From: a virus
Taxonomy: Duplodnaviria; Caudoviricetes
Virus record (IMG/VR): IMGVR_UViG_3300032243_000398
Coordinates: 1-43,145 of that record
DNA length: 43,145 nucleotides
Direction: 5' to 3' (one strand)
Below are positions 27,788 through 37,184 of this stretch, piece after piece (position 1 is the first letter of the stretch; each line of letters begins with the position of its first letter). A program made the position numbers and the translations under genes. The notes beneath the pieces were generated by a model that searched no databases, was not told the DNA's origin, and was given only the letters and a program-made list of their open reading frames with translations.

Positions 27788-28304
27788 ACATAGTTATTTG
27801 AAGAGTATACCGAGTATTATAACCTATATTTGCAGGACCGTGTACAGTCATAGGATCACTCCATTCATACATATCGCCTGCTTTATAATTAGATATGTAT
27901 TTGTCGTCCCAAACAAATATATGCCCAGATTCCCAATCTTGTAAAAACATTGTATAACGTACAGGATTACTAACTTCAGTTAGTTGTGGATCAATATGCA
28001 TTGCTTGAAACTCTCCTGGATACAACATAACAAACCACCAATTAACATTTTTACGCTGTTCAGGAACATCTGGTAATGTAAATTTAAAGTCTTGCATTTC
28101 TTTAGACTTTGGATTCATCTGGTGAAAGAAAAATTTGTTATTAGAATAACCCGGACGAGCCATCTCCGTAAATTTTTCTAGAATAGGATTGCCTTGCCAT
28201 CTATCTGGTTGCCATACTGGTGTGCAATCACCTTGGCATGATGTAAGATGTTCTATAATATGTTGTTTATCGATCCAGGATTTATAATTTCCTATATATC
28301 TCAT
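27780..28304 (-). CDS. Small cupin / 2OG-Fe(II) oxygenase-like protein
   Basis: PGEFQAMHID, RYTMFLQDWE.GH and HGPANIG...R..LQ motifs. Confidence 0.75.
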   Translation of the reverse strand: MRYIGNYKSWIDKQHIIEHLTSCQGDCTPVWQPDRWQGNPILEKFTEMARPGYSNNKFFFHQMNPKSKEMQDFKFTLPDVPEQRKNVNWWFVMLYPGEFQAMHIDPQLTEVSNPVRYTMFLQDWESGHIFVWDDKYISNYKAGDMYEWSDPMTVHGPANIGYNTRYTLQITMYD

Positions 28305-28855
28305 TAAACCTTCCTACCATAAAACACATATAAAGCGTTAAATGTAATGTCACCATCCATCCAATCTTTACGAATCGCTATTGAATCTTTTTCAGTTAGA
28401 TCATAACCTAGCCATGCTCTTGTTAAATTCATATTAAAATCATTATAATTCAATGAAGTCATTGCAGTATAATCTGCTCTAACAAACATTTTATTAGACA
28501 ACGGTCTAACGATGATACCTGATTCTAAGCCTACGTAGTTAAGAGATGCTCTTCCTGAAGTTTCTAAAGTACCAATACTGGTTCTTACATACGGAATAAA
28601 ATTTTTATCTATTAATAATTTGTAACGAACTCCCGTTTCGTATTGCGTTTGTAAAAGTTGACTAGTTGTATTTCTTGCATTATTAGCAAGAATGTCAGCG
28701 TCAATATTTAAATTAAAATCATGTATATACTTTATATTAACACCTTGAGATTCAGTACCGTTTGCATTATTGGTAACTCCTGCGCCTAATATTACACTGT
28801 CGGCCATTGCATAAGAACTTGATATCATTAATATTACTAATAAAAACTTTTTCAT
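28304..28855 (-). CDS. Putative outer-membrane beta-barrel protein
   Basis: Signal peptide MKKFLLVILMISSSYAMA, amphipathic beta-strand pattern (ETGVRYK, AWLGYDL, LYVFYGRK); AAGGAG SD. Confidence 0.65.
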   Translation of the reverse strand: MKKFLLVILMISSSYAMADSVILGAGVTNNANGTESQGVNIKYIHDFNLNIDADILANNARNTTSQLLQTQYETGVRYKLLIDKNFIPYVRTSIGTLETSGRASLNYVGLESGIIVRPLSNKMFVRADYTAMTSLNYNDFNMNLTRAWLGYDLTEKDSIAIRKDWMDGDITFNALYVFYGRKV

Positions 28856-28865
28856 TTATTCTCCT

Positions 28866-29669
28866 TTAATAACTTTCCAAATGATTAATACCTAACTGCT
28901 TACGGAATGATTCCGTAAACTTTCCATCAATCCGTAAACTGTAACTCTGTTCCATAATTCGTTCGCCGCCGTGCCAGTCAACATCGTTCCACCATGCGGC
29001 TCTGGTGTTAAGATATGTTTTATCTTTAGTTTCTGGATCCCACAAATACATTGCCTTTTTTGTATTAGGGCGTATGTGTATAAATTCGTTGCGGTGCGGC
29101 TTAACAACATTAACACCATTCTTAGCATCTAAGTCACGATGCTCAAACGGAATGCCATCTGCTTCGCAATGGAAGAATATAACACGCCCAATATCTTCGA
29201 ACACTGTGCCTACTAAACTTTCAACCCACTTAACTACGTTAGGAAAGCATTCTGCTTCTGGGGTTAGCTTACGTGGTGCTGTTCTATCGTCCCATGAACC
29301 TTCTTCCCATAGGTAATAGTAAATGTACGGATCATAAGCACCCATAGCCATCTTTAGATAGCGAGTAAACTTATTACGTTGTTGGAAGTTTTTAAAATCT
29401 GTTGGCATTAATTTTATGCCAGCTTGATATATAGGATCGTCTTTGGGCAGTTCCATAAATTCATCCATAGCTTGATAGATGGGTTTCCAACTCAATCGAT
29501 AGCTCATGTCATCAAAAGTAAAACCAGGAGCCATCCAGGTTCCTTCTTTAGCATTTTCTCGCGCTAAGGCAAATCCTGTTAAAATTTCAGGTTGTAGTTG
29601 ATCAAATGTCTCCATATCTAAGTACGTAGTCATGTCAAAGTATGGTTTTCCGCAAATGCCTTTAATCAT
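28866..29669 (-). CDS. Putative Fe(II) oxygenase (cupin; HxD...H...R)
   Basis: GIPFEHRD, EFIHI and WN..DWHGG......YSLRIDG.F motifs. Confidence 0.65.
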   Translation of the reverse strand: MIKGICGKPYFDMTTYLDMETFDQLQPEILTGFALARENAKEGTWMAPGFTFDDMSYRLSWKPIYQAMDEFMELPKDDPIYQAGIKLMPTDFKNFQQRNKFTRYLKMAMGAYDPYIYYYLWEEGSWDDRTAPRKLTPEAECFPNVVKWVESLVGTVFEDIGRVIFFHCEADGIPFEHRDLDAKNGVNVVKPHRNEFIHIRPNTKKAMYLWDPETKDKTYLNTRAAWWNDVDWHGGERIMEQSYSLRIDGKFTESFRKQLGINHLESY

Positions 29670-29683
29670 ATATTATCCATTTC

Positions 29684-30211
29684 TTAATCGTTTAAGGTTA
29701 TTTGAAAAGTATATCTTGAATTGTATCCAATATTAAGAGGCCCATGCAGCGACATAGGGTCACTCCATTCAAACATGTCTCCAGCTTTATAGTTAGAAAT
29801 ATAATTTTCATCTAATACAAATATATGTCCAGGCTCCCAGTCTTGTAAAAATATTGTATATCTTACAAGATTCTTAACATCTAATGTATGCGCATCTACG
29901 TGCATGCATTGAAACTCTCCAGGACATAATTTTACAAACCACCAATTTATTTCTTTACGAGTTTTTGGAAGATTTGGTAAATTAAAATTAAAATTTTCCA
30001 TCTCAGGAGACCACGGTCCTAGCATATGAAAAAAAGCATTATCGTTGGAGTACCAAGGCTCGGCTTGTTTTCTAATTTTATCTAATACCGGGTGCCCGGT
30101 TAATTTTTCTACTGCCGATGTTAGAGAACTTGCCTCCCATTGGCAGGATAACAAATGTTCCATTATTTTTTGTTCTGCAATCCAAGAGGAATAGTTTCCA
30201 ACAAACTCCAT
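29684..30211 (-). CDS. Small cupin / 2OG-Fe(II) oxygenase-like protein (paralog of 27780)
   Basis: PGEFQCMHVD, RYTIFLQDWEPGH and HGPLNIG motifs; start moved to ATG 30211. Confidence 0.75.
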   Translation of the reverse strand: MEFVGNYSSWIAEQKIMEHLLSCQWEASSLTSAVEKLTGHPVLDKIRKQAEPWYSNDNAFFHMLGPWSPEMENFNFNLPNLPKTRKEINWWFVKLCPGEFQCMHVDAHTLDVKNLVRYTIFLQDWEPGHIFVLDENYISNYKAGDMFEWSDPMSLHGPLNIGYNSRYTFQITLND

Positions 30212-30212
30212 T

Positions 30213-31280
30213 TTAAGCATCTCTCGCATCGTATTTTCTTTGATACTTTTCAGGTATTGTATCGTACAACGGTAACCCTTTATTAACTGCACCGTCTCTT
30301 AATATAACTTGATGTACTAGCGGACTTACAGGCTTACCTGGTAACATATCTGCCCAGGATTCTGTTTGATCTTCTTCTAAGTCTAATGTTCGCACGTCAG
30401 GCCATTGTATAATTTTAAGCAATATTCCGTTAATACGTAACGGATAATGTACTCTAATACCGTAGCTTGGGTCGTATTTGTATTCCCAGCCCTTTCGATC
30501 ACATATAGCAATTACTCTGTCTACTAATTCCGATAGGTAAATCTTCTCTTCGCCAGGGTGTCTACCAATATCTGTGCCTACTCTAATTCTATAGTTTTGT
30601 GGGCTAAGTGTTTTGCCAAACTCTTGCACCTCTTCTAAACAATATTCTAATTGGTCTATAGTCTCAAGAGTATAGCTGACATTTTTAATTGCCATACCTA
30701 ACGTCATGCAATTTGCAATGCCTTCCATTTGTTTCTTTCTAACTGTATGTCCTTGGTAATCGGGGTGGTTTAAACCGATAGTCCAAAACACATTGGTCAT
30801 CTCTGCAAACTGTTTAACATAATCAAAGTCAGATAGATAAACACCGTTAGTTAAGATCATTATACTACGAGGTTTACCCGGTAATGACTGTATCGCTCTA
30901 CATAAATCTGGTAAGTCTTTTCTAGTTGTAGGTTCAGCACCCATCAAGGCAATAGCATATCCGTCATCTTCCCAGGCGTTAATTATATCGAGTATTTCTT
31001 CTATACTAGGATCTTTGCTCATGTTATCCGGAATTTGATAACAATGCGGGCAGTTTAAATTACATCTGTTGGTAATGTCAAGGCAGTAAGTCTTATTTGT
31101 TGGTCTATCGTATTTGTAGTTGATGTAAAAATCAGCGTTAGGTTCAACTAGGTGTTCACTTTCACCGTGCCACTTACATTTCTTACTCAACCATATAGAT
31201 CCGTCTCGTTCAAAGAGAACAGCAGGCACATGCCTATAGCAATGTTCGCATATTGATGTTGTATCGTGTATTTTATTCAT
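30213..31280 (-). CDS. Radical SAM protein with N-terminal CxxC-x20-CxxH metal domain
   Basis: CEHC...CKWHG, then CNLNCPHC, GAEPT and TNG. Confidence 0.9.
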   Translation of the reverse strand: MNKIHDTTSICEHCYRHVPAVLFERDGSIWLSKKCKWHGESEHLVEPNADFYINYKYDRPTNKTYCLDITNRCNLNCPHCYQIPDNMSKDPSIEEILDIINAWEDDGYAIALMGAEPTTRKDLPDLCRAIQSLPGKPRSIMILTNGVYLSDFDYVKQFAEMTNVFWTIGLNHPDYQGHTVRKKQMEGIANCMTLGMAIKNVSYTLETIDQLEYCLEEVQEFGKTLSPQNYRIRVGTDIGRHPGEEKIYLSELVDRVIAICDRKGWEYKYDPSYGIRVHYPLRINGILLKIIQWPDVRTLDLEEDQTESWADMLPGKPVSPLVHQVILRDGAVNKGLPLYDTIPEKYQRKYDARDA

Positions 31281-32313
31281 GTCTATATTTTTCAGGTACT
31301 GTATCCAACAACATCTGTCCTCGATTAACTGCTTGATCTCTTAATATAACTTGGTGTAGTAATGGGCTCATAGGTTTACCAGGAACAATACTAGCCCATG
31401 ATTCACTTTGAACTTCTTCTAAATCAATAGTTCTTACATCACACCATTTAATAAACTTGTGTTCAATACCATTAATACGAACAGCAAAGTGTGTACGATT
31501 GCCTCCTATGTAATCAGGCTCCCATGACCACTTATTGTCTGTGCAAAATTGTTCAGCAACTGCCACTAGCTCAGACAAATACAACTCTTTAAAGTCGCCT
31601 TCCGGTACACGTCCAATCTCAACCCCTAGCTGTATTCTAGCATTAATCTTAAACTTCTGTACTTCGTGCATTACATCAGACAACTGTTCTAAGTTAGCCA
31701 ATGTATAAGTTAATGTCTTTACATCTAATCCTAGTTTAAGGCAATTTTCTAAACCGACCATTTGTTTGTCGCGAATCTGTCCACCGTTATAGTCAGGATG
31801 GTTCAATCCAAAAGTCCATTTAAGTCTAGGGATACCTTCAAAGCGTTGTACATAATCCCACTTGGCCAAGTATACACCATTAGTAACTATTATAACATTT
31901 CTAGGCTTGCCGGGCAATGCCTGTATGGCTAATACTAAATCTGCAAGATCTTTTCTCACAGTGGGTTCAGCACCAACTAAACTAACAGGATATCCGTTAT
32001 CAGGCCACGACTGAACTTCTGATAACAAATAATCAATACTTGGATCTTTACTGTTATTGTCAGGCATTTGATAACAATGCGGACAATCTAAGTTACACCG
32101 ATTAGTAATGTCTAACCAATAACTGCTTGGTCTACGTTTTTCGTATTGTTGATTGGTATAGAATGAAGAATTGATATCTACTAATTCTTCATGGTATCCG
32201 TGTTTTGGACAAGTTTTGCCTAACCAAATTGCGCTGTCTCTTTCAAACTTTACAGCAGGCACGTGCCGGTAGCAATCTTCACATAGAGAAATAGTATCAC
32301 TTATTTTGTTCAT
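31273..32313 (-). CDS. Radical SAM protein with N-terminal CxxC-x20-CxxH metal domain (tandem paralog)
   Basis: CEDC...CPKHG, then CNLDCPHC, GAEPT and TNG. Confidence 0.9.
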   Translation of the reverse strand: MNKISDTISLCEDCYRHVPAVKFERDSAIWLGKTCPKHGYHEELVDINSSFYTNQQYEKRRPSSYWLDITNRCNLDCPHCYQMPDNNSKDPSIDYLLSEVQSWPDNGYPVSLVGAEPTVRKDLADLVLAIQALPGKPRNVIIVTNGVYLAKWDYVQRFEGIPRLKWTFGLNHPDYNGGQIRDKQMVGLENCLKLGLDVKTLTYTLANLEQLSDVMHEVQKFKINARIQLGVEIGRVPEGDFKELYLSELVAVAEQFCTDNKWSWEPDYIGGNRTHFAVRINGIEHKFIKWCDVRTIDLEEVQSESWASIVPGKPMSPLLHQVILRDQAVNRGQMLLDTVPEKYRHE

Positions 32314-32319
32314 GGCAAA

Positions 32320-32334
32320 TATTTATGATAATTA
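32320..32334. promoter_or_regulatory. Divergent putative late promoters
   Basis: TAAATA on the minus strand (32320-32325) 6 nt before ATG 32313; variant TAATTA on the plus strand (32329-32334) 4 nt before ATG 32339. Confidence 0.6.
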
Positions 32335-32338
32335 CTGT

Positions 32339-33031
32339 ATGGACAAAAAATTTAATTACTATTACAATAACGTACCAGATAGTGGTCCTTGCCGAAATAA
32401 TTTAATATACACCAGTCTTATGTCTGAAGACAATACGGTGTTTGTCCAATGGTATCATAATGATACAGAATATCACAAAGGTAAGAATCAAGTTGTGGAT
32501 CCTGCCAAAATGGAAGAAAAGTGGTTACGTGAAGTAAACTACTTAACACAGATGCGTAATGCGTACCCTGACTTAATTCCAAAAATTCTTAAAATTGATT
32601 TAGACGATAAAAAAATATATCTGGAAGTTAACGGGCCAGACTTCTGGGAACAAGCAGGTTGTCTAACTGAGAACTTCAACAAGGTCCTACCTGATTGGCA
32701 AGATCAAATGATTGAAATTATCAAAGCTCATAAAAATTTAGGCATACACAAATACAGTATGCACCCTAGTAGTTATTTTGTAGTTGATGGAAAATTAAAA
32801 AGTATCAATTATTTTTTTACCTATCGTGCAACGGAACCAAATATTAGCATTGCAGAAGTTGAAAGTCATATCTATACGACACGCCAAGATGAAATGCGCA
32901 AGCACCTAGAAAGGCTAGGTATCGAATGGGATACCCCACAGCCGTGGAAAGTTATGGACGAGTTATGCTGGGCTAGTTTTAGTAACAACTATCCTAAAGA
33001 ATTTATCGAGCGAGTAAGATGTATAAAATAA
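32339..33031 (+). CDS. Protein-kinase-like fold protein, degenerate (paralog of 25785)
   Basis: Shares YY.N...NL.YT, W.RE..YL, PKI..ID...KIYLE, P.W..QM and KYSMHPSSYFV..G.LKSINY with the 25785 protein. Confidence 0.55.
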   Translation: MDKKFNYYYNNVPDSGPCRNNLIYTSLMSEDNTVFVQWYHNDTEYHKGKNQVVDPAKMEEKWLREVNYLTQMRNAYPDLIPKILKIDLDDKKIYLEVNGPDFWEQAGCLTENFNKVLPDWQDQMIEIIKAHKNLGIHKYSMHPSSYFVVDGKLKSINYFFTYRATEPNISIAEVESHIYTTRQDEMRKHLERLGIEWDTPQPWKVMDELCWASFSNNYPKEFIERVRCIK

Positions 33032-33558
33032 TTCCTTGGTCACTAGAATTAGATTTAACAGATTTCTATAGATATTGTACAGCTAAGGGATTTGTCAATA
33101 ATGCTAGCCAGAAAGCCATGATAGATTGTTTTCGAAATGAACGTGAGTGGTGTGTATGGATATTGTTTTATAATGATGTTGCTGTGGGAAGTGTAGCAGC
33201 ACACAGCATAGATGAAGGATATCGCATCTGTGCTAGGACTTGTGTGTTGTCAGAGCTGTTGCCGCTAAACACACTGCGCACTCGCAATCAAATAGTTACA
33301 CATCAGCATGTAACAGCACAATACTTGATGCCGGCATGTATAGAGTGGGTGGGAAGTAAGGGCGACATGTACATTACCAGCCATCCTAGCGAAGTAGGAA
33401 CACAACGATTGGTGCATACTGTATGGGGACCTAGTTTAGAAAAGACAGGGGTTTTAACTAGAGCGTTTGAAAAAGACTATCGGGGACACTTACAAACGTT
33501 TTGGAAACTAAATGCAGAAGTGTTCCTTGATCAACTAAGAAACACTTCTAAAATTTAA
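33019..33558 (+). CDS. GNAT-like acyltransferase (tentative)
   Basis: 179 aa; WILFYND.AVGSVAAH and YRICARTCV strands followed by a helix, consistent with GNAT topology. Confidence 0.5.
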   Translation: MYKIIPWSLELDLTDFYRYCTAKGFVNNASQKAMIDCFRNEREWCVWILFYNDVAVGSVAAHSIDEGYRICARTCVLSELLPLNTLRTRNQIVTHQHVTAQYLMPACIEWVGSKGDMYITSHPSEVGTQRLVHTVWGPSLEKTGVLTRAFEKDYRGHLQTFWKLNAEVFLDQLRNTSKI

Positions 33559-35007
33559 TTAACGTATAGCTTCAATTCCGTTAGTAACAGCAAGTCTAAC
33601 CATTGCATTACTAAATTTCCAGCCATCGTAATAAAACATTTCTCTTGGACCGGTAACTTGACTACGTATATTATAATAATCGGGATCAATGTGTGGCAAC
33701 ATTTTTTTGTTTAGTTCCTCAAGATCAAGTTCTTCGTTTGTACGTATGTACCAACATTCGAGATCGCTATCAAACACAACATCAAAATCTTTTTCAGATA
33801 CTAGTCCGGTAACTTCTGCAACAACAGAATTTAAGAAATAATAGTAAACAGTTTTACCATTAATTCGACATAAGTCTGCTCGCCCAATAAACGTAAACAC
33901 ACCGTCCTCAACGTCGAATCTATCGCCTGTGTGGATTACATTACCTCTGTAATCAGTTATTTTTAGCAGCTTATCACCTTCTGTTGTAACTTCTTTATAA
34001 AACGGTGACGGAGTTCCATAGTTTCTAAGATTCCATTCTTTATAATTGTCTGGGCCTATCTCACAATAGAATACAGGACCACCAACTTCTTGGCTACCAA
34101 ATTGCGGAGTTATAATGTAACCAAAATCTCCACACATTCTACTAAGATATTTTTCTTTCATAGCGCCAATGTAGTGTATTTTCATTTGGTCGTGTTGTTT
34201 TTTACTAAGGTCCATGCCTTCTGAAAACCATTCCATTGCATCAAAGAAGACCGCGATTCGATTAATTTTTTCAGCCTGTACTGTGTCTATCATAGCTTTA
34301 TGTAATAACTCTTCTCGTTCGCCGCCGTCCCACCCAATTGGGGCATGAAAGTGAGACTTACATCTATTAGCTAACGGTAAAAAGTATACACCGAGAATTA
34401 CTCCGTGCTGTAAATTCTTATCATGCCAACACTTTTCGTTTTCTTTTAAATCATATAACACAGCATTGCTATTCATCATTCTAAAAAAGAATTCATGATT
34501 ATGTTCAATAAGTTTAGGAGTAGCAGTTGTTCCAGAACTAGTCGTAATCATGATGCTATCTTCGGGTTCGCACCATACAGGTGAAACAATTTCAGTTGGC
34601 TTATATGTGTCTAAAACATTACAATGCAGTTTTTTACTCGCATACTGCGGTTGATCGTATCCCGGTGGGTATACCATATCCCAAAGTACAATATCGGCTG
34701 TCTTGTAAAGGGGCATTTTCTCCATGGCTAATACTGTTTTTGGAAAATCAGAAATAATAAATTTCATTCCGAGCTCGGCACAAGCAAAAAGCCAGATCGG
34801 ATAGTTAGGCCAATACGTGATACACATCACTACGTGTTGTCCTTTTTTAGCATTAAATTCTTTTATCAAATAAGTTTTAGCAAGATCGATCTTTTCTTCA
34901 AGCTGTTGCCTAGTTACATGAATAGGGAAAATATTATCATTTTCGTCTCGGTTCAGTGCAGTTATTTCAAATTCGGGATGTAGTACGTTTCTAGTAATGA
35001 TATCCAT
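33559..35007 (-). CDS. Adenylate-forming (ANL / AMP-binding) enzyme
   Basis: TTSSGTTATPK P-loop, FGSQE, TGD and GRAD motifs; AGGAGG SD. Confidence 0.82.
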   Translation of the reverse strand: MDIITRNVLHPEFEITALNRDENDNIFPIHVTRQQLEEKIDLAKTYLIKEFNAKKGQHVVMCITYWPNYPIWLFACAELGMKFIISDFPKTVLAMEKMPLYKTADIVLWDMVYPPGYDQPQYASKKLHCNVLDTYKPTEIVSPVWCEPEDSIMITTSSGTTATPKLIEHNHEFFFRMMNSNAVLYDLKENEKCWHDKNLQHGVILGVYFLPLANRCKSHFHAPIGWDGGEREELLHKAMIDTVQAEKINRIAVFFDAMEWFSEGMDLSKKQHDQMKIHYIGAMKEKYLSRMCGDFGYIITPQFGSQEVGGPVFYCEIGPDNYKEWNLRNYGTPSPFYKEVTTEGDKLLKITDYRGNVIHTGDRFDVEDGVFTFIGRADLCRINGKTVYYYFLNSVVAEVTGLVSEKDFDVVFDSDLECWYIRTNEELDLEELNKKMLPHIDPDYYNIRSQVTGPREMFYYDGWKFSNAMVRLAVTNGIEAIR

Positions 35008-35041
35008 TTTTGTCCTCCTAGTTAATTTCTGATTTAGTTAA

Positions 35042-35085
35042 GCTACAGTGCGGCAAAGCTATATAACTGTAGCCAAGAATATTTA
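35042..35085 (-). promoter_or_regulatory. TAAATA motif followed by a 5'-UTR hairpin
   Basis: TAAATA at 35080-35085 (minus); perfect 8-bp stem GCTACAGT/ACTGTAGC (35042-35049 and 35066-35073). Confidence 0.55.
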
Positions 35086-35100
35086 TGATAGGAAATAACG

Positions 35101-36540
35101 ATGAAGTTCCGAAGTGAAAAGCAACAATCGATTGTTTTTTGTATATTAGATATCACAGATAATTGCCAAAGTGGTGTTGCCAAAGATGTATGTGTTAATC
35201 TAAGTGATTTTATGATCAACAGGATTGATCAACACAAGTACGATATTTTGATCAGTAAAGATGAAGATGAATTATTAAACGTTGCAGCCGATGAAGGGTA
35301 TGCTCATGCAGTTCTTATTTCGGCAGGTACTAGTTTAGGATTATCTGATAGACTGTTTGATGCAGTTGAAGATCAATGCCAAGAAGATTTCTTTATAGCA
35401 GGACATATTTTAGATAGAGGTGATCATGCCTACTATAAAAAAAATGCCTGTTTTGAATTACATCAACAATTTTATGTTATTAATCTTGAACAGTATAAAG
35501 AATTAGGTCGTCCCTTTGTGGGCAACGAAGAATGGGTAGAGTACCAACAGATTGCTCCGCTTCGTAGCGAAGAATGTTTACATGGCGATCCAGAAATTCC
35601 TGCATGGATGAAAAAAGGAACTGAACTTAAAACTTATTCTGTTAAATTGCATGGTTGGAATATATTAAATGTTGGGTTAGAACACGACAAACATCTAATA
35701 CCGTTGAGCCGTAGAATTCGAGATAGTAAAAAATATTTGTATTACGAACACGATCATGTATTTTTAAAACAGTTAGCAGATATACGACAACTTCAATTCT
35801 TTGGAATGAACTTTTTTGCTGGTTGGAACTCTGATCAATTAAGGGCAGACTTACCATTTGATGGACCAGTTGAACAATACGCTACTGTTGGCATTGGATT
35901 TAATTGGATTAAAAATTTAGAAATTGTAGGTTTTGCAGAAAATACCAAAGTAATTTTTACAGACATTAACTATAACTGTTTAATGTTTATGAAAAAAATG
36001 GTTGAAGAATGGGATGGAAAAGATTACGATGAATTCTATTGGAGGAACAAACCAATGCTGCCTAACAATCCTCCGTATATTCCAGAAACCTATAAAGATC
36101 AAATACGTGAACAATGGCAGAAATTCTTAACAACAATGGATAACTGGGATGCTCATTGGGGAAAAATTAAGAATTTAAACTATGAGTATATTCTCATAGA
36201 CTACACAGCATCATTTAATTTTGATTGGCTCGAAGCAGGCAAGAAAACTTTGTTAAATTTAAGTGACTTGTACAATCATGGACCATTTGTTGCTTCGTCG
36301 AGTTTAAAATATCGCATTAGTTGTGAAAACGGTTTGTTACAAAAACTTAAAAATAAAGATTCAAACATAACAACTATTTTATCCTCAAGAGCCGCAGATG
36401 GGTTTTGGAAAAATAAAATTGATCAGAAATTAGATAAGGTTAGTAATTTTATCTATACTGATATTAAAGATCTAAAAACACCAGCCTGGCATGCAGCGGA
36501 CTGGCAACATAATAGCGAACGCCCCTTAGGAGTTAATTGA
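35101..36540 (+). CDS. Hypothetical two-domain protein (479 aa)
   Basis: Long ORF; N-terminal half with IAGHILDR...ELHQQFYVINL (GT-A-like, tentative); C-terminal half Rossmann-like. Confidence 0.75.
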   Translation: MKFRSEKQQSIVFCILDITDNCQSGVAKDVCVNLSDFMINRIDQHKYDILISKDEDELLNVAADEGYAHAVLISAGTSLGLSDRLFDAVEDQCQEDFFIAGHILDRGDHAYYKKNACFELHQQFYVINLEQYKELGRPFVGNEEWVEYQQIAPLRSEECLHGDPEIPAWMKKGTELKTYSVKLHGWNILNVGLEHDKHLIPLSRRIRDSKKYLYYEHDHVFLKQLADIRQLQFFGMNFFAGWNSDQLRADLPFDGPVEQYATVGIGFNWIKNLEIVGFAENTKVIFTDINYNCLMFMKKMVEEWDGKDYDEFYWRNKPMLPNNPPYIPETYKDQIREQWQKFLTTMDNWDAHWGKIKNLNYEYILIDYTASFNFDWLEAGKKTLLNLSDLYNHGPFVASSSLKYRISCENGLLQKLKNKDSNITTILSSRAADGFWKNKIDQKLDKVSNFIYTDIKDLKTPAWHAADWQHNSERPLGVN

Positions 36541-37184
36541 TGAAAGAATATTATCATTCAGAGGGTCGTTATCTAAAACTAGATATCGCATTGCCATATA
36601 AAGAAATGTGTGCAGAAGCATTTGCTTTGATTGATAAGTTTAGCTCACACAGAGGTGATGAAGATTCGCACGGTTGGGAAAGTTTAACCATACATGGGCT
36701 TGGATGGGACAAACACGAGAACTATGATGCCTACGGTTATAAGAAAGGCAAAGATGCTAGCAACGACATGATATGGACTGAGATTGCAGATCAATGTCCA
36801 ATAACAACTAAGTGGCTTAAAGACGTTTTTCCTTGTAACAAATATGGTCGTGTTAGATTTATGTTATTACGTGCAGGCGGAAAAATTGCCTTACACAGTG
36901 ATAGTAGTATAAAATTAATAGAGAATATAAATGTTGCTCTTAATAACCCTGTAGGTTGTAAATGGGTTTGGGGAGACGGCGAAGAAATAATTATGGAACC
37001 AGGCGGAGTGTATGCAATGAATTTACATTATCATCATTCGGTAATAAATGAAAGTAATGAAGATCGTATGCATATGATTATTGCTAGACACGATGCTACC
37101 AGCGGTTGGAAGCAATTAATAGAAGATGCAGCTTCCAAACAAGGAATTACTGGCGAATATAAAGTAATCGACGAATTACCTTAA
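36540..37184 (+). CDS. Aspartyl/asparaginyl beta-hydroxylase-like oxygenase
   Basis: CP.T..WL, RVRFMLL..GG.I..HSD and HSVIN.S.EDRMH motifs. Confidence 0.82.
   Translation: MKEYYHSEGRYLKLDIALPYKEMCAEAFALIDKFSSHRGDEDSHGWESLTIHGLGWDKHENYDAYGYKKGKDASNDMIWTEIADQCPITTKWLKDVFPCNKYGRVRFMLLRAGGKIALHSDSSIKLIENINVALNNPVGCKWVWGDGEEIIMEPGGVYAMNLHYHHSVINESNEDRMHMIIARHDATSGWKQLIEDAASKQGITGEYKVIDELP

Noticed and set aside
35008-35075. SAM-II/SAM-V riboswitch suggested by UGUAGCU and UGAUUU-like words
   Set aside because: The elements are not on the same strand in the order needed for the pseudoknot; kept only as a hairpin.
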